DNA of 64,000 nucleotides from NCBI GenBank assembly GCA_051546255.1, contig CP128815.1, positions 1,984,001 through 2,048,000 on the forward strand. The letters are read 5' to 3'. Position numbers and translations under genes: made by a program. This document shows, piece by piece, positions 1-11,522 of this stretch (positions are counted from its first letter, which is position 1; every line of letters begins with the position of its first letter). Below the pieces are notes generated by a model that was given only the letters and a program-made list of their open reading frames with translations, did no database searches and was not told the origin of the DNA. The stretch is from Meyerozyma guilliermondii. Taxonomy: Eukaryota.

Positions 1-363
1 GGAGTAGAAGAAAGTGTAGAGGAAAACGTAGAGAAAGAAAGTAAGACAGTGGAAAGAAGAAGCTTGAAGAAAGAACAAAAGAACAATTCTAGAGTATATT
101 TAGACTTTGTAGATGCAGGGAGACTGTACAGACCACAGCAATTGATTACCATGTACCTTTTCGCCAACGTCTCCGCACGATATTACCGGTACCTGTGCGG
201 GCTAATAACCTAGTGGCAGAGCAGTTTCTGTCAACATTTCATCGTTTTTTGTGGCTAGGGTGTTGGCATGTGAAGTTGCAAAATCGCACGGCTGAATTGA
301 GACTGACTCTATTGTATTGTATAAAATTTTCACAGGCAAATACCATTGAAACACTATCTAGAA

Positions 364-1563
364 CTATTGCTGTTTGCACTCAGGAGGTTGTTCCTTCGAC
401 TTGGACTCGTCGTCTTCTTCTCCTTCACTGTCTTCATCTTCTTCTTCATCGGTGAATTCCTCTACATCTTCGAAATCATCTGGGTACCCAAATTCCACCG
501 CATCGCCAGTGAACCAGTCTACTGCTCTTGGAATCAACCTGTCCTTGATCTCCTCTCCAAGCTGGTAGTCCAACTCCAAACGTGCTTCCAAATCGTCATC
601 TTCTTCGTCTTCTTCATCTTCCTCCTCTTCGTCTTGCTCATCCTTGGCTGGAGGCTTTGGAGGATCGAAAAAGTTGAAGAAGCTTTCGGCTGGAGTCAAT
701 TTCTCGATGGTACGCGTTTGCTTGGTGGTCTTGTTCCGTTGCTTTCTCCGCTCGATGTTGATGGTGACATTCATTTCTCTCAGTTTCCAGTTGATTTCGC
801 ACCCATCGGCATGGTCGTATACAAAGTCTCCCGAGTACCCCAATTCCGCCTGATAGTGGTAAGTCTTGGTGAGAATGTGGTTGCTAAAGTACTCGTTGTC
901 GGCAAACTCAAAAATCAATTCGAAACCGGGAGTGTCCAAATACTCCATGCGCACATCAACCAAGCTCTGAAGAATGTCGCTGTCTCTGTCGGTTATGGTC
1001 TCCGATACGGTGGGAAGGTTTTCCAACGCCGTGAGCCAGAACCCAGGAACACCCGAGGGTGCTTCTTCTTCGGCATCTTGTTCTTCTTCCTCTTCGTCAT
1101 CTTCTTCGTCTTCATCATTTTCGTTCAACGCTTCACCTTCCTCAACTTCTTCCTTGGTGGGTTCGGCATCACCGTTCACAAACTTCTTTCTTCTCTCGTA
1201 CAATGGTTCGTACTTCTTAAAATACTTCTTTTCCAACTCCAACAACTCCTTTTGGAACTCTGCTTCCAAAGCCAACTGTTTTTGTTGCACCGCTTTCAAC
1301 CCAAGAACCCTTTGCTTGACGGCTTTGGGCAACGAGTCGATGTATCCGCTCTGTTTGCCCACCAAAGTTCCAAGCTTACCTTGAATCATCGATAATAACG
1401 CGGGGTTGTTGGCGAGCTGGCCACCAAGTTTGGACGAATCCTCCTCAGTAATCGTGGACACATTTGGGGGTTGGGACCGTAAGTATGAAGTGGTTACCGA
1501 CGATGGCGTGTTCTGGGGAGTCGGCGCTTTCGAGATATCTCCCTGCCTGTTTCTTGCTGACAT
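364..1563 (-). CDS. NAP1: Nucleosome assembly protein 1 (histone chaperone), 399 aa
   Basis: APTPQNTP N-terminus, GVPGFWLTALENL, ESFFNFF and IPRAVDWFTG NAP motifs, acidic tail and C-terminal CaaX-like CKQQ. First ATG is at 1563; the ORF-track extension to 1689 uses a non-ATG start. Confidence 0.96.
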   Translation of the reverse strand: MSARNRQGDISKAPTPQNTPSSVTTSYLRSQPPNVSTITEEDSSKLGGQLANNPALLSMIQGKLGTLVGKQSGYIDSLPKAVKQRVLGLKAVQQKQLALEAEFQKELLELEKKYFKKYEPLYERRKKFVNGDAEPTKEEVEEGEALNENDEDEEDDEEEEEQDAEEEAPSGVPGFWLTALENLPTVSETITDRDSDILQSLVDVRMEYLDTPGFELIFEFADNEYFSNHILTKTYHYQAELGYSGDFVYDHADGCEINWKLREMNVTINIERRKQRNKTTKQTRTIEKLTPAESFFNFFDPPKPPAKDEQDEEEEDEEDEEDDDLEARLELDYQLGEEIKDRLIPRAVDWFTGDAVEFGYPDDFEDVEEFTDEEEDEDSEGEEDDESKSKEQPPECKQQ

Positions 1564-1778
1564 GGTGTTGGGAATAAATTGTCGCTCATCGTGAATAATC
1601 GCGTCTAGGCAGGGCACGAACGGGCTGCGAAAGGAATAATGCGAAGCATAATGCGAAAGAATAAGAGGAAGAGAAAGGGAGAGGAACAAAAAAAAAAGAA
1701 GAAAAGAAGAATGAAAAATGAAGAATGAAGATGACTGTTGGCTCTTTACACTTTGTCGTAACGTAGATTCATAAATAG

Positions 1779-4178
1779 CTACTCAATCGATGGGATTGAT
1801 GACTCCGGCAATTCCATAGTTGAGTCCTTGATGTCGTCGTACTTTCCGTCAAGGTACCGCTCGATCTCGTCCTTTCTGGTTTCCCACTCATCAACTTGAG
1901 ATAACTTGCCCTCAATTTCCTTGATCTCATTATCAATGCTCTGCAAGTTTTCCTCCGATGTCAAATCTTGAAATTCCCAGTTGGTAGCATCGCCATTCTC
2001 GTTCTTTATCGTGAGCAAATAGTCGTGGTACTTCATCAACAACGGACGGTGCGACAACGTGATAAAAGTAATCTTCTTTTTTTGGAGCAACTCGAAAAGA
2101 TAATCTTCAACATCGGTTGAGACAGCATTGGTGGATTCGTCCAAAATCACAAATTTGGGATTCTTGAATAAAACCCGCGCAATGCTCATTCTCTGCTTCT
2201 CGCCTCCACTAAAGACATCTTTCCAGTCCTTCTTCGCATTGAAGTTTCCCTCTCTGGTCAAAAGATACTCCAACTTGACTTCGCGCAAAATATGGTACAA
2301 GTGGTCGTCATTGTAGCCCATTTCAATCATTTCGTCGTAGCTGTGAGGGTAAATGATCTGGTCCCGAAGATTGCCGTTGGTGAAATAGGTTTTTTGGGGA
2401 AGATAGAAAATATCTTCGTCGCTGGGTTTGGAAAGAAGTCCATAGTATAATGGCCATAAACCAGCAATGATTCTGGCGATGGAAGTCTTACCACACCCAT
2501 TAGAACCCAAGATTAACAAATTCTGCCCTTGAGAAATTTGAGCATTCAACAGATCAATCAATTTTTCTCCCTCTGAGCCATTGGCCCCAGGAATAATTAC
2601 TGGGAAATTCTCAAACCTGATACCACTTTGGTAGTTCTTTTGGATCGTTCCATGAATATCAGAAGATCCCAACTTGGAATTATAGCTGAATGTGGGCAGG
2701 TGCACTTGATGCAAGTTAGTCAACAAGTTAAATACTCTATCGGTGTATCCCGTGAGTTCAGATACATCTTTAATCGAGTACATCAACCTGGATCCAGCAT
2801 CTGCCAACGACAACATCAACCTTTTGTTAATGATAAACTGTCTCATATTCTGTCTCTCATTAACAGCGTTTTTCTCTTTTGAAGCTGTGCTGGGCCAAAT
2901 ATCATCCAAGAACACAGGAAGACCAGCAAAAACATAACCCCATGCAGACCATGTATACTTCAAGATGTAGTCTTCTAAAACCGAGTAGGAGAAGGATATA
3001 TTGATTTCCTTGTCAATATGACCCACAAGTTTGTGGAACACTTCATTCAACTTATTTTTCTCGATGATTGAACCCTTGTAAAAACCAATTTCCTCACAAT
3101 TTGTTATCAAGTTCAAATGTTGGTTATAATATTGACCCTCCAAGTGGGTCCTGTTAGCTGACAATTTCCCAAACGCAGGTGTGTTCATTTTCAACACCAT
3201 TGCCGTCAAAAAGTAGTTGGCAAAAATACCAACAATGGCCCCGGTTCCCAAATTATCACGCAAGTAAACCGCAAAAAATAAAAGATCAATCATAGGTTTA
3301 CCCATACTAGAGAAGAGACCACAGATAGAATCGCAAAACTTTGCCACATCGTTGGTGATGTACTGGTCGATATTTTCGATCAGACCACTGTTGAGTGAAA
3401 TTTTGTAGTAAGTCATAACTTTATCCAAGTACATGTCATGGATGTATCTCGTCAAGTTTGTACGGAAACTCAACGATAATCTTGAAGTCAAATACTTGAT
3501 AGCAGCATTTGTATAGGATGCAGGGAAGGCGATTAAGAGCCAATAAATCAAATCACGGGCAAATTTCTTGCCATTACCTCCAATCAAGTTTTTGACAAGC
3601 TGACCATCGAGTTTAGCCACAAGTAACGACAACCACGTTCTCAAGATCAAAAAGAAGCACTGTGACAAAAGGAGAGACGTGTTCTTGTGATAGAACCGTG
3701 GGATCAATATACGCCACATAATCAGCAACTGGTTCAAAAATTTGGAATTGAAAAGTTTATTTTGCAGTCTGAACTTTTGGTCGATGTGAAAGTTCTTGTA
3801 TAGGTATTTGTCTGCCGCATATTGGTCAAGATTGGGCTTGGGAATGATGATACGGGTACTTCCGTTCCTGCCGGAGGGTATGAATATTTCTCTTGAACCA
3901 TTTTTGAGGATAGTTGAAGATTGTCGGATCAACGCTGGACGATTATTTCTCCGATTTAACTGAGCTTCTCGAACTTGATGGATGATGCTTCGAAGTGTAA
4001 GTAGGATCCCGAGCCCAGCAGTCGACACTAAAGTACCCAAGAACAACATAACAGGTCTAGACTGATAATTAATCTTGACCTTGTTGTCTTTGTAGGTGAT
4101 CACGAATTCCTGGAGAAGAAGTAGGAGATTCCTCATATCCTCCCTTGAATAGTTTGCAAGCTTGGAGAAGTTTATCAT
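1779..4178 (-). CDS. PXA1: Peroxisomal long-chain fatty acyl-CoA ABC half-transporter (ABCD family)
   Basis: ABCD membrane domain, EAA-like NCEEIGFYKG, Walker A GSNGCGKT, signature FSGGEKQR and Walker B ILDEST. ATG taken at 4178. Confidence 0.9.
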   Translation of the reverse strand: MINFSKLANYSREDMRNLLLLLQEFVITYKDNKVKINYQSRPVMLFLGTLVSTAGLGILLTLRSIIHQVREAQLNRRNNRPALIRQSSTILKNGSREIFIPSGRNGSTRIIIPKPNLDQYAADKYLYKNFHIDQKFRLQNKLFNSKFLNQLLIMWRILIPRFYHKNTSLLLSQCFFLILRTWLSLLVAKLDGQLVKNLIGGNGKKFARDLIYWLLIAFPASYTNAAIKYLTSRLSLSFRTNLTRYIHDMYLDKVMTYYKISLNSGLIENIDQYITNDVAKFCDSICGLFSSMGKPMIDLLFFAVYLRDNLGTGAIVGIFANYFLTAMVLKMNTPAFGKLSANRTHLEGQYYNQHLNLITNCEEIGFYKGSIIEKNKLNEVFHKLVGHIDKEINISFSYSVLEDYILKYTWSAWGYVFAGLPVFLDDIWPSTASKEKNAVNERQNMRQFIINKRLMLSLADAGSRLMYSIKDVSELTGYTDRVFNLLTNLHQVHLPTFSYNSKLGSSDIHGTIQKNYQSGIRFENFPVIIPGANGSEGEKLIDLLNAQISQGQNLLILGSNGCGKTSIARIIAGLWPLYYGLLSKPSDEDIFYLPQKTYFTNGNLRDQIIYPHSYDEMIEMGYNDDHLYHILREVKLEYLLTREGNFNAKKDWKDVFSGGEKQRMSIARVLFKNPKFVILDESTNAVSTDVEDYLFELLQKKKITFITLSHRPLLMKYHDYLLTIKNENGDATNWEFQDLTSEENLQSIDNEIKEIEGKLSQVDEWETRKDEIERYLDGKYDDIKDSTMELPESSIPSIE

Positions 4179-4295
4179 GGTGAGACACAAAGTATGGGGC
4201 TAAAACTCAGATTCCGAAAAGTCTTGCTGGTTTATCGTAGTGGTAGAAACAAATCGGAACGAATTCGGAGGAACGTTGACCCCACACTAATTAAG

Positions 4296-4301
4296 CCGAG
4301 G
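4296..4301. promoter_or_regulatory. CCGAGG (=CCTCGG) candidate FarA/Ctf1-type fatty-acid induction element upstream of PXA1
   Basis: Exact hexamer about 120 bp upstream of the PXA1 ATG. It is a single short match, so weak on its own. Confidence 0.35.
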
Positions 4302-4737
4302 AACAACTGTGCAGGAGAAGAGAAGATGGGGAAACTAACCGGAGGTCAGATTCGAATGAAAAGTGATTATGAGCAGGAGATGAGTGGGACAAGTAGGGTG
4401 AAATCTGAGGGATTTTGAGTTTGGAGTGTGTTTTTGTTGATTTAAGTGTTAGTGTAATTTTTCAAAGAGTGGTAGTGGACTGAACCTGATGAAAAAAGCA
4501 AAAGTAAGCACTTTAAACCAAACTGATAAAACCAGTAGGATGAAAAGTCATTCCGGTTCGCTTTCGATCAATCAAACTAGTGATAAACCTAGCAATTAAA
4601 CTAGACTAGTTATAAAAACTTCTGCCTTGGCCATTTCGATCTACTCTGAAATTAGGATCTTCATTATTCCATATTTACATTCAAGTCTCTACTCTTCATT
4701 ATCGTTTCCATTTTTCCAAGCGCTCCACTCCCTCGGT

Positions 4738-4920
4738 CTACCACCCCTTTCCCATCACTTTACTCACACAATTCTTGAACATCACAAACTCTTTATCGCA
4801 TCCTTTGTGTTGCATGTTACTATAATTCTGTAACACACACTCGCCATAAGCTAAGCCCTCTTTGGAACACTGTCCACCAGCATTCATGAGCCGTTTAGCA
4901 GGACGAACCCTTTTTTCCAT
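4738..4920 (-). CDS. 60-aa twin CX9C mitochondrial intermembrane-space protein, NDUFAF8-like (complex I assembly factor)
   Basis: ATG start with good context (ACC ATG G). C-SKEGLAYGE-C and C-DKEFVMFKN-C have exact CX9C spacing, with AYGxC and CxxEF motifs recalled from the NDUFAF8 family. Confidence 0.8.
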   Translation of the reverse strand: MEKRVRPAKRLMNAGGQCSKEGLAYGECVLQNYSNMQHKGCDKEFVMFKNCVSKVMGKGW

Positions 4921-5197
4921 GGTGATTAAAAGGTGGATTAATTGGGAATTATTTGTAGCTGTTTTATTTTAAGGTGAAGAGTACTGCGATGTTCACGTGA
5001 GAGATGGAAAATCCACACACTCAAATTGAAAGGCAATGGAGGAAAAAGGAAAATGGTAAATGGTGTTTAGTATATTATCCGTGCTGTCAAAGGTGCTCAG
5101 AGATGGCCATTACAAAGCCATTACAAGGTAGCTATATTCGCTTAAGTCGCTTCTCCCTCTTCTCTTATCACCTTCTCATTGGAAAGTAGTACAAAAC

Positions 5198-5289
5198 GTC
5201 CCAGTGGCCGAGTGGTTAAGGCGACGCCCTGCTATTAGCAGTTTAGGCGTTGGGTTTTACCTGCGCAGGTTCGAATCCTGTCTGTGACG
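5198..5289 (+). tRNA. tRNA-Ser(GCU) with 10-nt intron (5235-5244)
   Basis: GTCCCAG/CTGTGAC acceptor, TGGCCGAGTGG A box, anticodon stem ACGCC-CT-GCT-A[intron]A-GGCGT, long variable arm, GGTTCGAATCC B box and a poly-T Pol III terminator. Confidence 0.97.
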
Positions 5290-5507
5290 CCATTTTTTTT
5301 TCCCCGGCGCTCGGCAACTTTATTTTCTTTGTGCGAAACGGCGCTAAATTAGTCATTCACAATCAAGCTAACCACTTCGGAGTTTGCAATCCACGGGATT
5401 AAAGTCAAAGCGGGGCACATCGGATGAGTTATATCTGATCTCTGTTTACCATTTAAATCCACTCCAAAGTCCAAATCTACCACATCCACATTTCCATCCT
5501 TGAAATC

Positions 5508-6671
5508 ATGGACCCCACCAACGACCCCAATTTTATTCCTCCGTCACTAAATCGAGACATTGAGCCTACGGCTTCATCTTCCAAGATCCCCAAGAACATG
5601 CCCATTCAGCCACTCGTTTTGGCAGACCTTGGTTCTTCGGTAGATGCTCCAGCTCCTCACCCATCTATTTCAGTTCCAACACCGTCGCACGACGATAAGT
5701 CGAAAAGACACCATTCAAAGATTCCTCGTAAACACACGGAGTTGCTTGACTCTGGGTCTTCGTCTTCACCCAGTGCTTCGGATGATGAGATAGAAACACC
5801 ACCAATTCCTCCTCCTAGTACTGAAGTCAAACCCACACAAATTGCAGACTTGGAAGAAGTTCCCCATGGAATCCAACGACAGGCGGATACTTTGGAGGAA
5901 TACGAGTTCCCCACCCATAGATTGGCCACCAGTCTCTCAGACGACTCCAAATATCCATTGGTGATTGTAGCATGCGGATCATTCTCGCCCATAACTTACC
6001 TCCATCTTCGAATGTTCGAAATGGCGCTAGACGCTATAACTGAACAAACCCGGTTCGAGGTAATTGGGGGCTATTACTCGCCCGTAAGCTCAAACTACAA
6101 AAAGCAGGGGTTGGCCGATGCTCATCATCGGGTTCGTATGTGCGAATTGGCATGCGAAAGAACCTCTTCTTGGCTTATGGTGGATGCCTGGGAATCGCTC
6201 CAACCTAAATACACTAGAACTGCATTGGTGTTGGACCATTTCAACGAGGAGATAAATATCAAGAGAGGTGGTATTTTGACCAAGTCGGGTGAGAGAAGAG
6301 GTGTAAAGATCATGTTGCTCGCTGGTGGTGATCTCATAGAGTCAATGGGTGAACCTGATGTGTGGGCAGACCAAGATTTGCATCATATTCTTGGGAAGTA
6401 CGGGTGTCTTATCGTGGAGCGGACTGGTTCCGATGTTAGAAGTTTTTTGTTGAGTCATGATATCATGTACGAACACCGCAGAAATGTTCTTGTCATCAAG
6501 CAACTTATCTACAACGATATATCATCGACTAAAATTCGGCTTTTCATACGGCGAGGTATGTCTGTGCAATACTTACTTCCCAACTCTGTCATCAGGTATA
6601 TTCAGGAACACAAGTTATATTTCAATGATACCGAGCCGGTGAAGCAAGTAATGAGCGACAAGGCTGATTAG
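5508..6671 (+). CDS. NMA1: Nicotinamide/nicotinate mononucleotide adenylyltransferase
   Basis: GSFSPITYLHLRMFE (HxGH-type), LLAGGDLIESM and ISSTKIR motifs. N-terminus MDPTNDPNFIPP resembles yeast Nma1/2. Confidence 0.96.
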   Translation: MDPTNDPNFIPPSLNRDIEPTASSSKIPKNMPIQPLVLADLGSSVDAPAPHPSISVPTPSHDDKSKRHHSKIPRKHTELLDSGSSSSPSASDDEIETPPIPPPSTEVKPTQIADLEEVPHGIQRQADTLEEYEFPTHRLATSLSDDSKYPLVIVACGSFSPITYLHLRMFEMALDAITEQTRFEVIGGYYSPVSSNYKKQGLADAHHRVRMCELACERTSSWLMVDAWESLQPKYTRTALVLDHFNEEINIKRGGILTKSGERRGVKIMLLAGGDLIESMGEPDVWADQDLHHILGKYGCLIVERTGSDVRSFLLSHDIMYEHRRNVLVIKQLIYNDISSTKIRLFIRRGMSVQYLLPNSVIRYIQEHKLYFNDTEPVKQVMSDKAD

Positions 6672-6765
6672 GTACCGATTGGTAGTGATTGGTAGAGATT
6701 AGGAGCAAATAGAATACATTAGATCGAGCAGTATTATTATTCCATGATGGGTCATAAGTTAGTAT

Positions 6766-9087
6766 TTACCATTCAACAGCCTTGTTACCGTAGACGGACT
6801 TCTTGGTTCCTTTGATAGGCTTGATCAAATCAGAACCTCCTTCCATAAAAGAAAACTTGTCTTTTCTCTTCTTCTCGTACTCCTGGATATACTTTTCTTT
6901 CTGCAAAGTTAAGCCAATATCATCCAAGCCATTCACCAAACAGTGCTTTCTGAACTGTTCAATCTCAAAATGAGGTATCAAAACTTCGCCGGTTTCACCA
7001 TGTTTTATTTGTTGGTTGGGTAAGTCAATTGTCAACTTCTGACCAGCCTGAGCCACAGGGTACAACTTGGAAGCAATATCTTCAGCTGGCAATCTGATAG
7101 GAAGCAATCCATTTTTGCACGAATTGTTGTAAAAAATATCACCAAATGATGGAGCAATCATACACTTGATACCAAAATCTTTCAAGGCCCATGGAGCATG
7201 TTCTCTGGACGAACCACAACCAAAGTTGTCACCGGTAACCACCAACACCTCGGCTTTTCTGTAAGGTTCAACATTCAATGCAAAATCAGTTTCCACATCG
7301 TTGCCGTTTTTGTCTTTAGTGAATCTCAATTCGTAAAACAATCCCGATTTAAGACCAGTTCTCTTAATGGTTTTCAAGAATTGCTTAGGAATAATAGCAT
7401 CGGTATCCACATTAGCCTTGTCGAGAGGAGCAGCAATTCCAGTGAGTTCAGTGAACTGTTGCATTCCCGAAGCACCGTCTTCAGCATTTTCGGAAACCTT
7501 GAATTTTTTTGGTTCTGGCTCTTGGGTGTCGACTGGAACATCGTTGATCATCTCAGCGGAGTCCGTAACAGGCTCCTTTTCGTGAGCATATACGGCATCT
7601 TGAAGAGCCTTGTCCTCTTCTGTGCCAATTGGAACGGCTGCTTCTTCTGTAGTGTCGTAGTCGAACTCACGAATATCAGTGAAATGGCCCTTAATAGCAG
7701 CGGCTGCAGCCATAGCAGGAGACATCAAGTGGGTTCTTGAGGCAGCACCTTGACGACCTTCGAAGTTTCTGTTGGAGGTAGAAGCACATCTTTCTTGTGG
7801 GTCCAAGATATCTGGGTTCATTCCAAGACACATTGAGCAGCCAGCTTCTCTCCATTCGAAACCTGCTTGTTCGAAAATCTTGTCCAAACCTTCCTTTTCG
7901 GCCTGGGCCTTGATAAGACCAGATCCTGGAACAACCAAAACCAACTTGACATTGTCGGCCTTCTTATGACCTTTCGCAACCTTTGCAGCGGCTCTCAAAT
8001 CTTCAATACGAGAATTGGTACAAGATCCAATGAACGCCTTGTCGATAGAGATGTCTTTTAATGGGGTATTGGGGGTCAAGCCTTGGTATTGAAGTGCCCG
8101 TTCCATTCCAGCTTTCTTAATGGGGTCGGTGACTTTGGATGGGTCTGGTACCTTGGCAGTAATTGGTAAGGCATCTTGTGGAGAATTACCCCAGGTAATT
8201 GTAGGAACTATGTCTGCGGCATCAATTTGGATATCATGGTCAAAGTAGGCACCAGGATCAGAATGTAATGTCTTCCAATAAGCAACAGCCTTGTCCCATT
8301 CAGCACCAGATGGTGCCAAAGGACGACCTTTAATGTACTCAAAGGTCACTTCGTCAGGTTTAATCATACCAGCACGAGCCCCAGCCTCAATGGACATGTT
8401 GCAAATGGACATTCGAGCCTCCATCGATAATGCTTCAATGGCTTCTCCAGCAAATTCTATGACACAGCCAGTACCGCCAGCAGTTCCAATAACTCCAATG
8501 ACGTGAAGCACCAAATCTTTCGAGGTGATACCCTCACGCAACTTGCCGTTCACACTGATTCTCATGTTCTTGGACTTGGCTTGAATAAGACTTTGGGTAG
8601 CCAAAACATGTTCCACTTCAGAGGTACCAATACCAAATGCCAATGCACCAAATGCTCCATGGGTTGAAGTATGTGAGTCACCACACACAACAGTGGTTCC
8701 TGGCAAGGTGAAACCTTGTTCAGGACCAACAATATGGACAATACCTTGTCTGGAATCCGACATTCCGAAATACTTCAAACCAAAGTCTTTCACATTTTCT
8801 TCCAAAGTCATCACCTGGAGTCTGGAATCATCTTGTTCAATAAAAGTATCGACATTCTTAAAGTTCTTTCTTGAAATCGTAGGAATATTGTGGTCTACCG
8901 TGGCCAAAGTACAGTCGGGTCTTCTGACACTTCTGCCGGCATTTTTTAAACCTTCGAAAGCTTGTGGAGATGTGACCTCATGGACTAAATGACGATCAAT
9001 ATATATCAAGTACGATCCAGAGTCGTCCTTATGGACAATATGGTCCTCGAAAACCTTGTCGTAAAGAGTTCTGACTTGAGAAGGCAT
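6766..9087 (-). CDS. LEU1: 3-isopropylmalate dehydratase (isomerase), 773 aa
   Basis: [40 protein letters not shown] (Fe-S Cys) and [11 protein letters not shown] motifs. ATG at 9087. Confidence 0.98.
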   Translation of the reverse strand: MPSQVRTLYDKVFEDHIVHKDDSGSYLIYIDRHLVHEVTSPQAFEGLKNAGRSVRRPDCTLATVDHNIPTISRKNFKNVDTFIEQDDSRLQVMTLEENVKDFGLKYFGMSDSRQGIVHIVGPEQGFTLPGTTVVCGDSHTSTHGAFGALAFGIGTSEVEHVLATQSLIQAKSKNMRISVNGKLREGITSKDLVLHVIGVIGTAGGTGCVIEFAGEAIEALSMEARMSICNMSIEAGARAGMIKPDEVTFEYIKGRPLAPSGAEWDKAVAYWKTLHSDPGAYFDHDIQIDAADIVPTITWGNSPQDALPITAKVPDPSKVTDPIKKAGMERALQYQGLTPNTPLKDISIDKAFIGSCTNSRIEDLRAAAKVAKGHKKADNVKLVLVVPGSGLIKAQAEKEGLDKIFEQAGFEWREAGCSMCLGMNPDILDPQERCASTSNRNFEGRQGAASRTHLMSPAMAAAAAIKGHFTDIREFDYDTTEEAAVPIGTEEDKALQDAVYAHEKEPVTDSAEMINDVPVDTQEPEPKKFKVSENAEDGASGMQQFTELTGIAAPLDKANVDTDAIIPKQFLKTIKRTGLKSGLFYELRFTKDKNGNDVETDFALNVEPYRKAEVLVVTGDNFGCGSSREHAPWALKDFGIKCMIAPSFGDIFYNNSCKNGLLPIRLPAEDIASKLYPVAQAGQKLTIDLPNQQIKHGETGEVLIPHFEIEQFRKHCLVNGLDDIGLTLQKEKYIQEYEKKRKDKFSFMEGGSDLIKPIKGTKKSVYGNKAVEW

Positions 9088-9114
9088 TATGTTTGTTGCG
9101 TTTTTTCGGCCACC

Positions 9115-9205
9115 TTTATATGATGCGGCACTGTGGGCGATCGTCCGCCGGTACCGGACCGCCACCGGCGCGCTCTCCGCAAATGACAGCGGTGGATTTA
9201 GTCAT
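9115..9205 (-). promoter_or_regulatory. LEU1 promoter: TATAAA (9115-9120), perfect Leu3 site CCGGTACCGG (9148-9157), Gcn4-like ATGACTAA (9198-9205)
   Basis: The palindrome CCGGTACCGG matches the established Leu3 CCG-N4-CGG consensus directly upstream of a leucine pathway gene. Confidence 0.8.
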
Positions 9206-9241
9206 AATGTGTTTGATTATGTAATGGGATTACCCCAGATT

Positions 9242-10066
<825 letters not shown>

Positions 10067-10254
10067 TTATGTAAGCGGCGCGGCAGCGGCCAACCTTCTG
10101 TGCATAAAGTTAGGTTTTATACAGGTCCAGTATTGTTACCAGCCTTCTCGGTTCTAAGAATAACACAACCAGCGCCTTCGATTACAGTATAAAGAATGTC
10201 CATGTGCAGAAGTGCCTCAAAGCTTGATATTCGTAACCCGGTTCTTGCTGAAAC

Positions 10255-11487
10255 ATGAAAATAGACAATAAGCAACGTTTGAGCAGTTACGATACCCCCG
10301 CACAAGTACCAGCAAATATCTTGAATATCGACTTGAGTCATGCTGTATCCAGCTACCACGGGGGCCAGCTCAGCATGAGCGATCTACCTCCCGAACTTCC
10401 AGTGTTTAAAAACGGCCGACTAGCAAGATTTGTGACACATACTCCAAAGCCTCGAGCCGTGAGTATGCCTGCAAATCTCAAACAATTGCCTAGCGTTCCA
10501 AAAAAGCCAACACTAATGTCTCCAACTTCAAGGCCTAAGCCTTCAGGAACTCCAGCACGGGTATTTTCTGAATTGCCGCCAGTTCCATCAAAATCACCAG
10601 CACCCGTCCCGTCACAATTACCACATTTACCATCACAATTACCACAGGTACCATCACAATTACCACAATCATCGTCACAATTACCATCACAATCACCATC
10701 GTTTCCAACATTCAACGAGCCACACATGTCGTTGCCTCCCAAACAAAAAGCAGCATCTTTAAGCTCGCACGACTCGGACTCACAATTTTCATTGAGCAGT
10801 GGAACCAATGCCAGTAGTATGTCTGGAACCAGTCTGAGAATCCTCCAGTTTGTCGACACTTATGTTTCGGAGAGCTCAGACAGCATTATATCCAAATACG
10901 AAAGAATCGTTGATCCGGATGTCTATACGTTATCCGGGGTTACTACCGACAGTCTTTTCAGCGACGATGAACTTCAAGGACGACAGCTTCTGACCAGATC
11001 AGAAAAAAGTCTACCTGAATTGCCTCTTGCGCCGCTTCCCCAATTAAAATTGCGAAAAAGACAGCCTCGCAAATGTACTGATCACCAGTCGTTATCTTCC
11101 GCTCAAAGTAAGGCATCGAGAGTCTCCAGCAATTCTCTTCAAGAGTCCAAGGCGGAGATCAAAGCCACTGTACTTCGAAAGCCATTCGAGTATTGTCTTG
11201 ACTCATCAAAAGTCTATGAGAGTACAAGGTTTCCCCTGGCATCATTGCTTGCACCAAAAACCATGGCCACCGGTCTTCAAAGACCACCCATTCAGCCCCG
11301 CTGTGTCACAGCAGCACCCGACTTTCAGCTGGCAAAGTTTGCAGCCAAGCCCAAGACTGAAGATACAAAACGGACTATGCTTTTGGTGTCGTCGTCGCGG
11401 TACCAAGAGCCATGGAAAAGAGTGCTCTCCAGCAAGCAGCTACCAGCCACACCAGACGAGCGTTGCAATCGCTTTGCATACATATGA
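10255..11487 (+). CDS. Hypothetical Pro/Ser-rich, probably disordered protein (410 aa)
   Basis: Long ATG ORF filling the gap between ATG5 and NNR1. No domain recognised; contains PSQLPxx repeats. Confidence 0.7.
   Translation: MKIDNKQRLSSYDTPAQVPANILNIDLSHAVSSYHGGQLSMSDLPPELPVFKNGRLARFVTHTPKPRAVSMPANLKQLPSVPKKPTLMSPTSRPKPSGTPARVFSELPPVPSKSPAPVPSQLPHLPSQLPQVPSQLPQSSSQLPSQSPSFPTFNEPHMSLPPKQKAASLSSHDSDSQFSLSSGTNASSMSGTSLRILQFVDTYVSESSDSIISKYERIVDPDVYTLSGVTTDSLFSDDELQGRQLLTRSEKSLPELPLAPLPQLKLRKRQPRKCTDHQSLSSAQSKASRVSSNSLQESKAEIKATVLRKPFEYCLDSSKVYESTRFPLASLLAPKTMATGLQRPPIQPRCVTAAPDFQLAKFAAKPKTEDTKRTMLLVSSSRYQEPWKRVLSSKQLPATPDERCNRFAYI
10609..10698 (+). repeat. Coding minisatellite with ~21-bp unit (CCATCACAATTACCA...) encoding PSQLP-xx, about 4 copies
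   Basis: Read directly: ccgtcacaattaccacattta / ccatcacaattaccacaggta / ccatcacaattaccacaatca / tcgtcacaattaccatcacaatcacca. Confidence 0.85.
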
Positions 11488-11522
11488 ACCACATAAACGA
11501 CACGATTCCAATACAAAACAAG

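Noticed and set aside
1..213. Stop-free + frame from the window edge (70 codons)
   Set aside because: It is largely a purine-rich degenerate repeat with no recognisable protein. An RRPE-like AAAATTTTCA at 323-332 suggests promoter/intergenic DNA. It cannot be resolved without the upstream window.
346..1395. 349-aa + strand ORF
   Set aside because: Antisense shadow of NAP1; its Phe-rich content is the reverse complement of GAA/GAC acidic codons.
5198..5289. Possibility that the Ser tRNA is the code-changing tRNA-Ser(CAG)
   Set aside because: The anticodon is GCT. The CAG seen nearby lies in the intron, which pairs with the anticodon loop as usual.
10353..10859. Minus ORF with metallothionein-like CDG/CGN repeats
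   Set aside because: It is simply the reverse complement of the PSQLP minisatellite in the longer + strand ORF.
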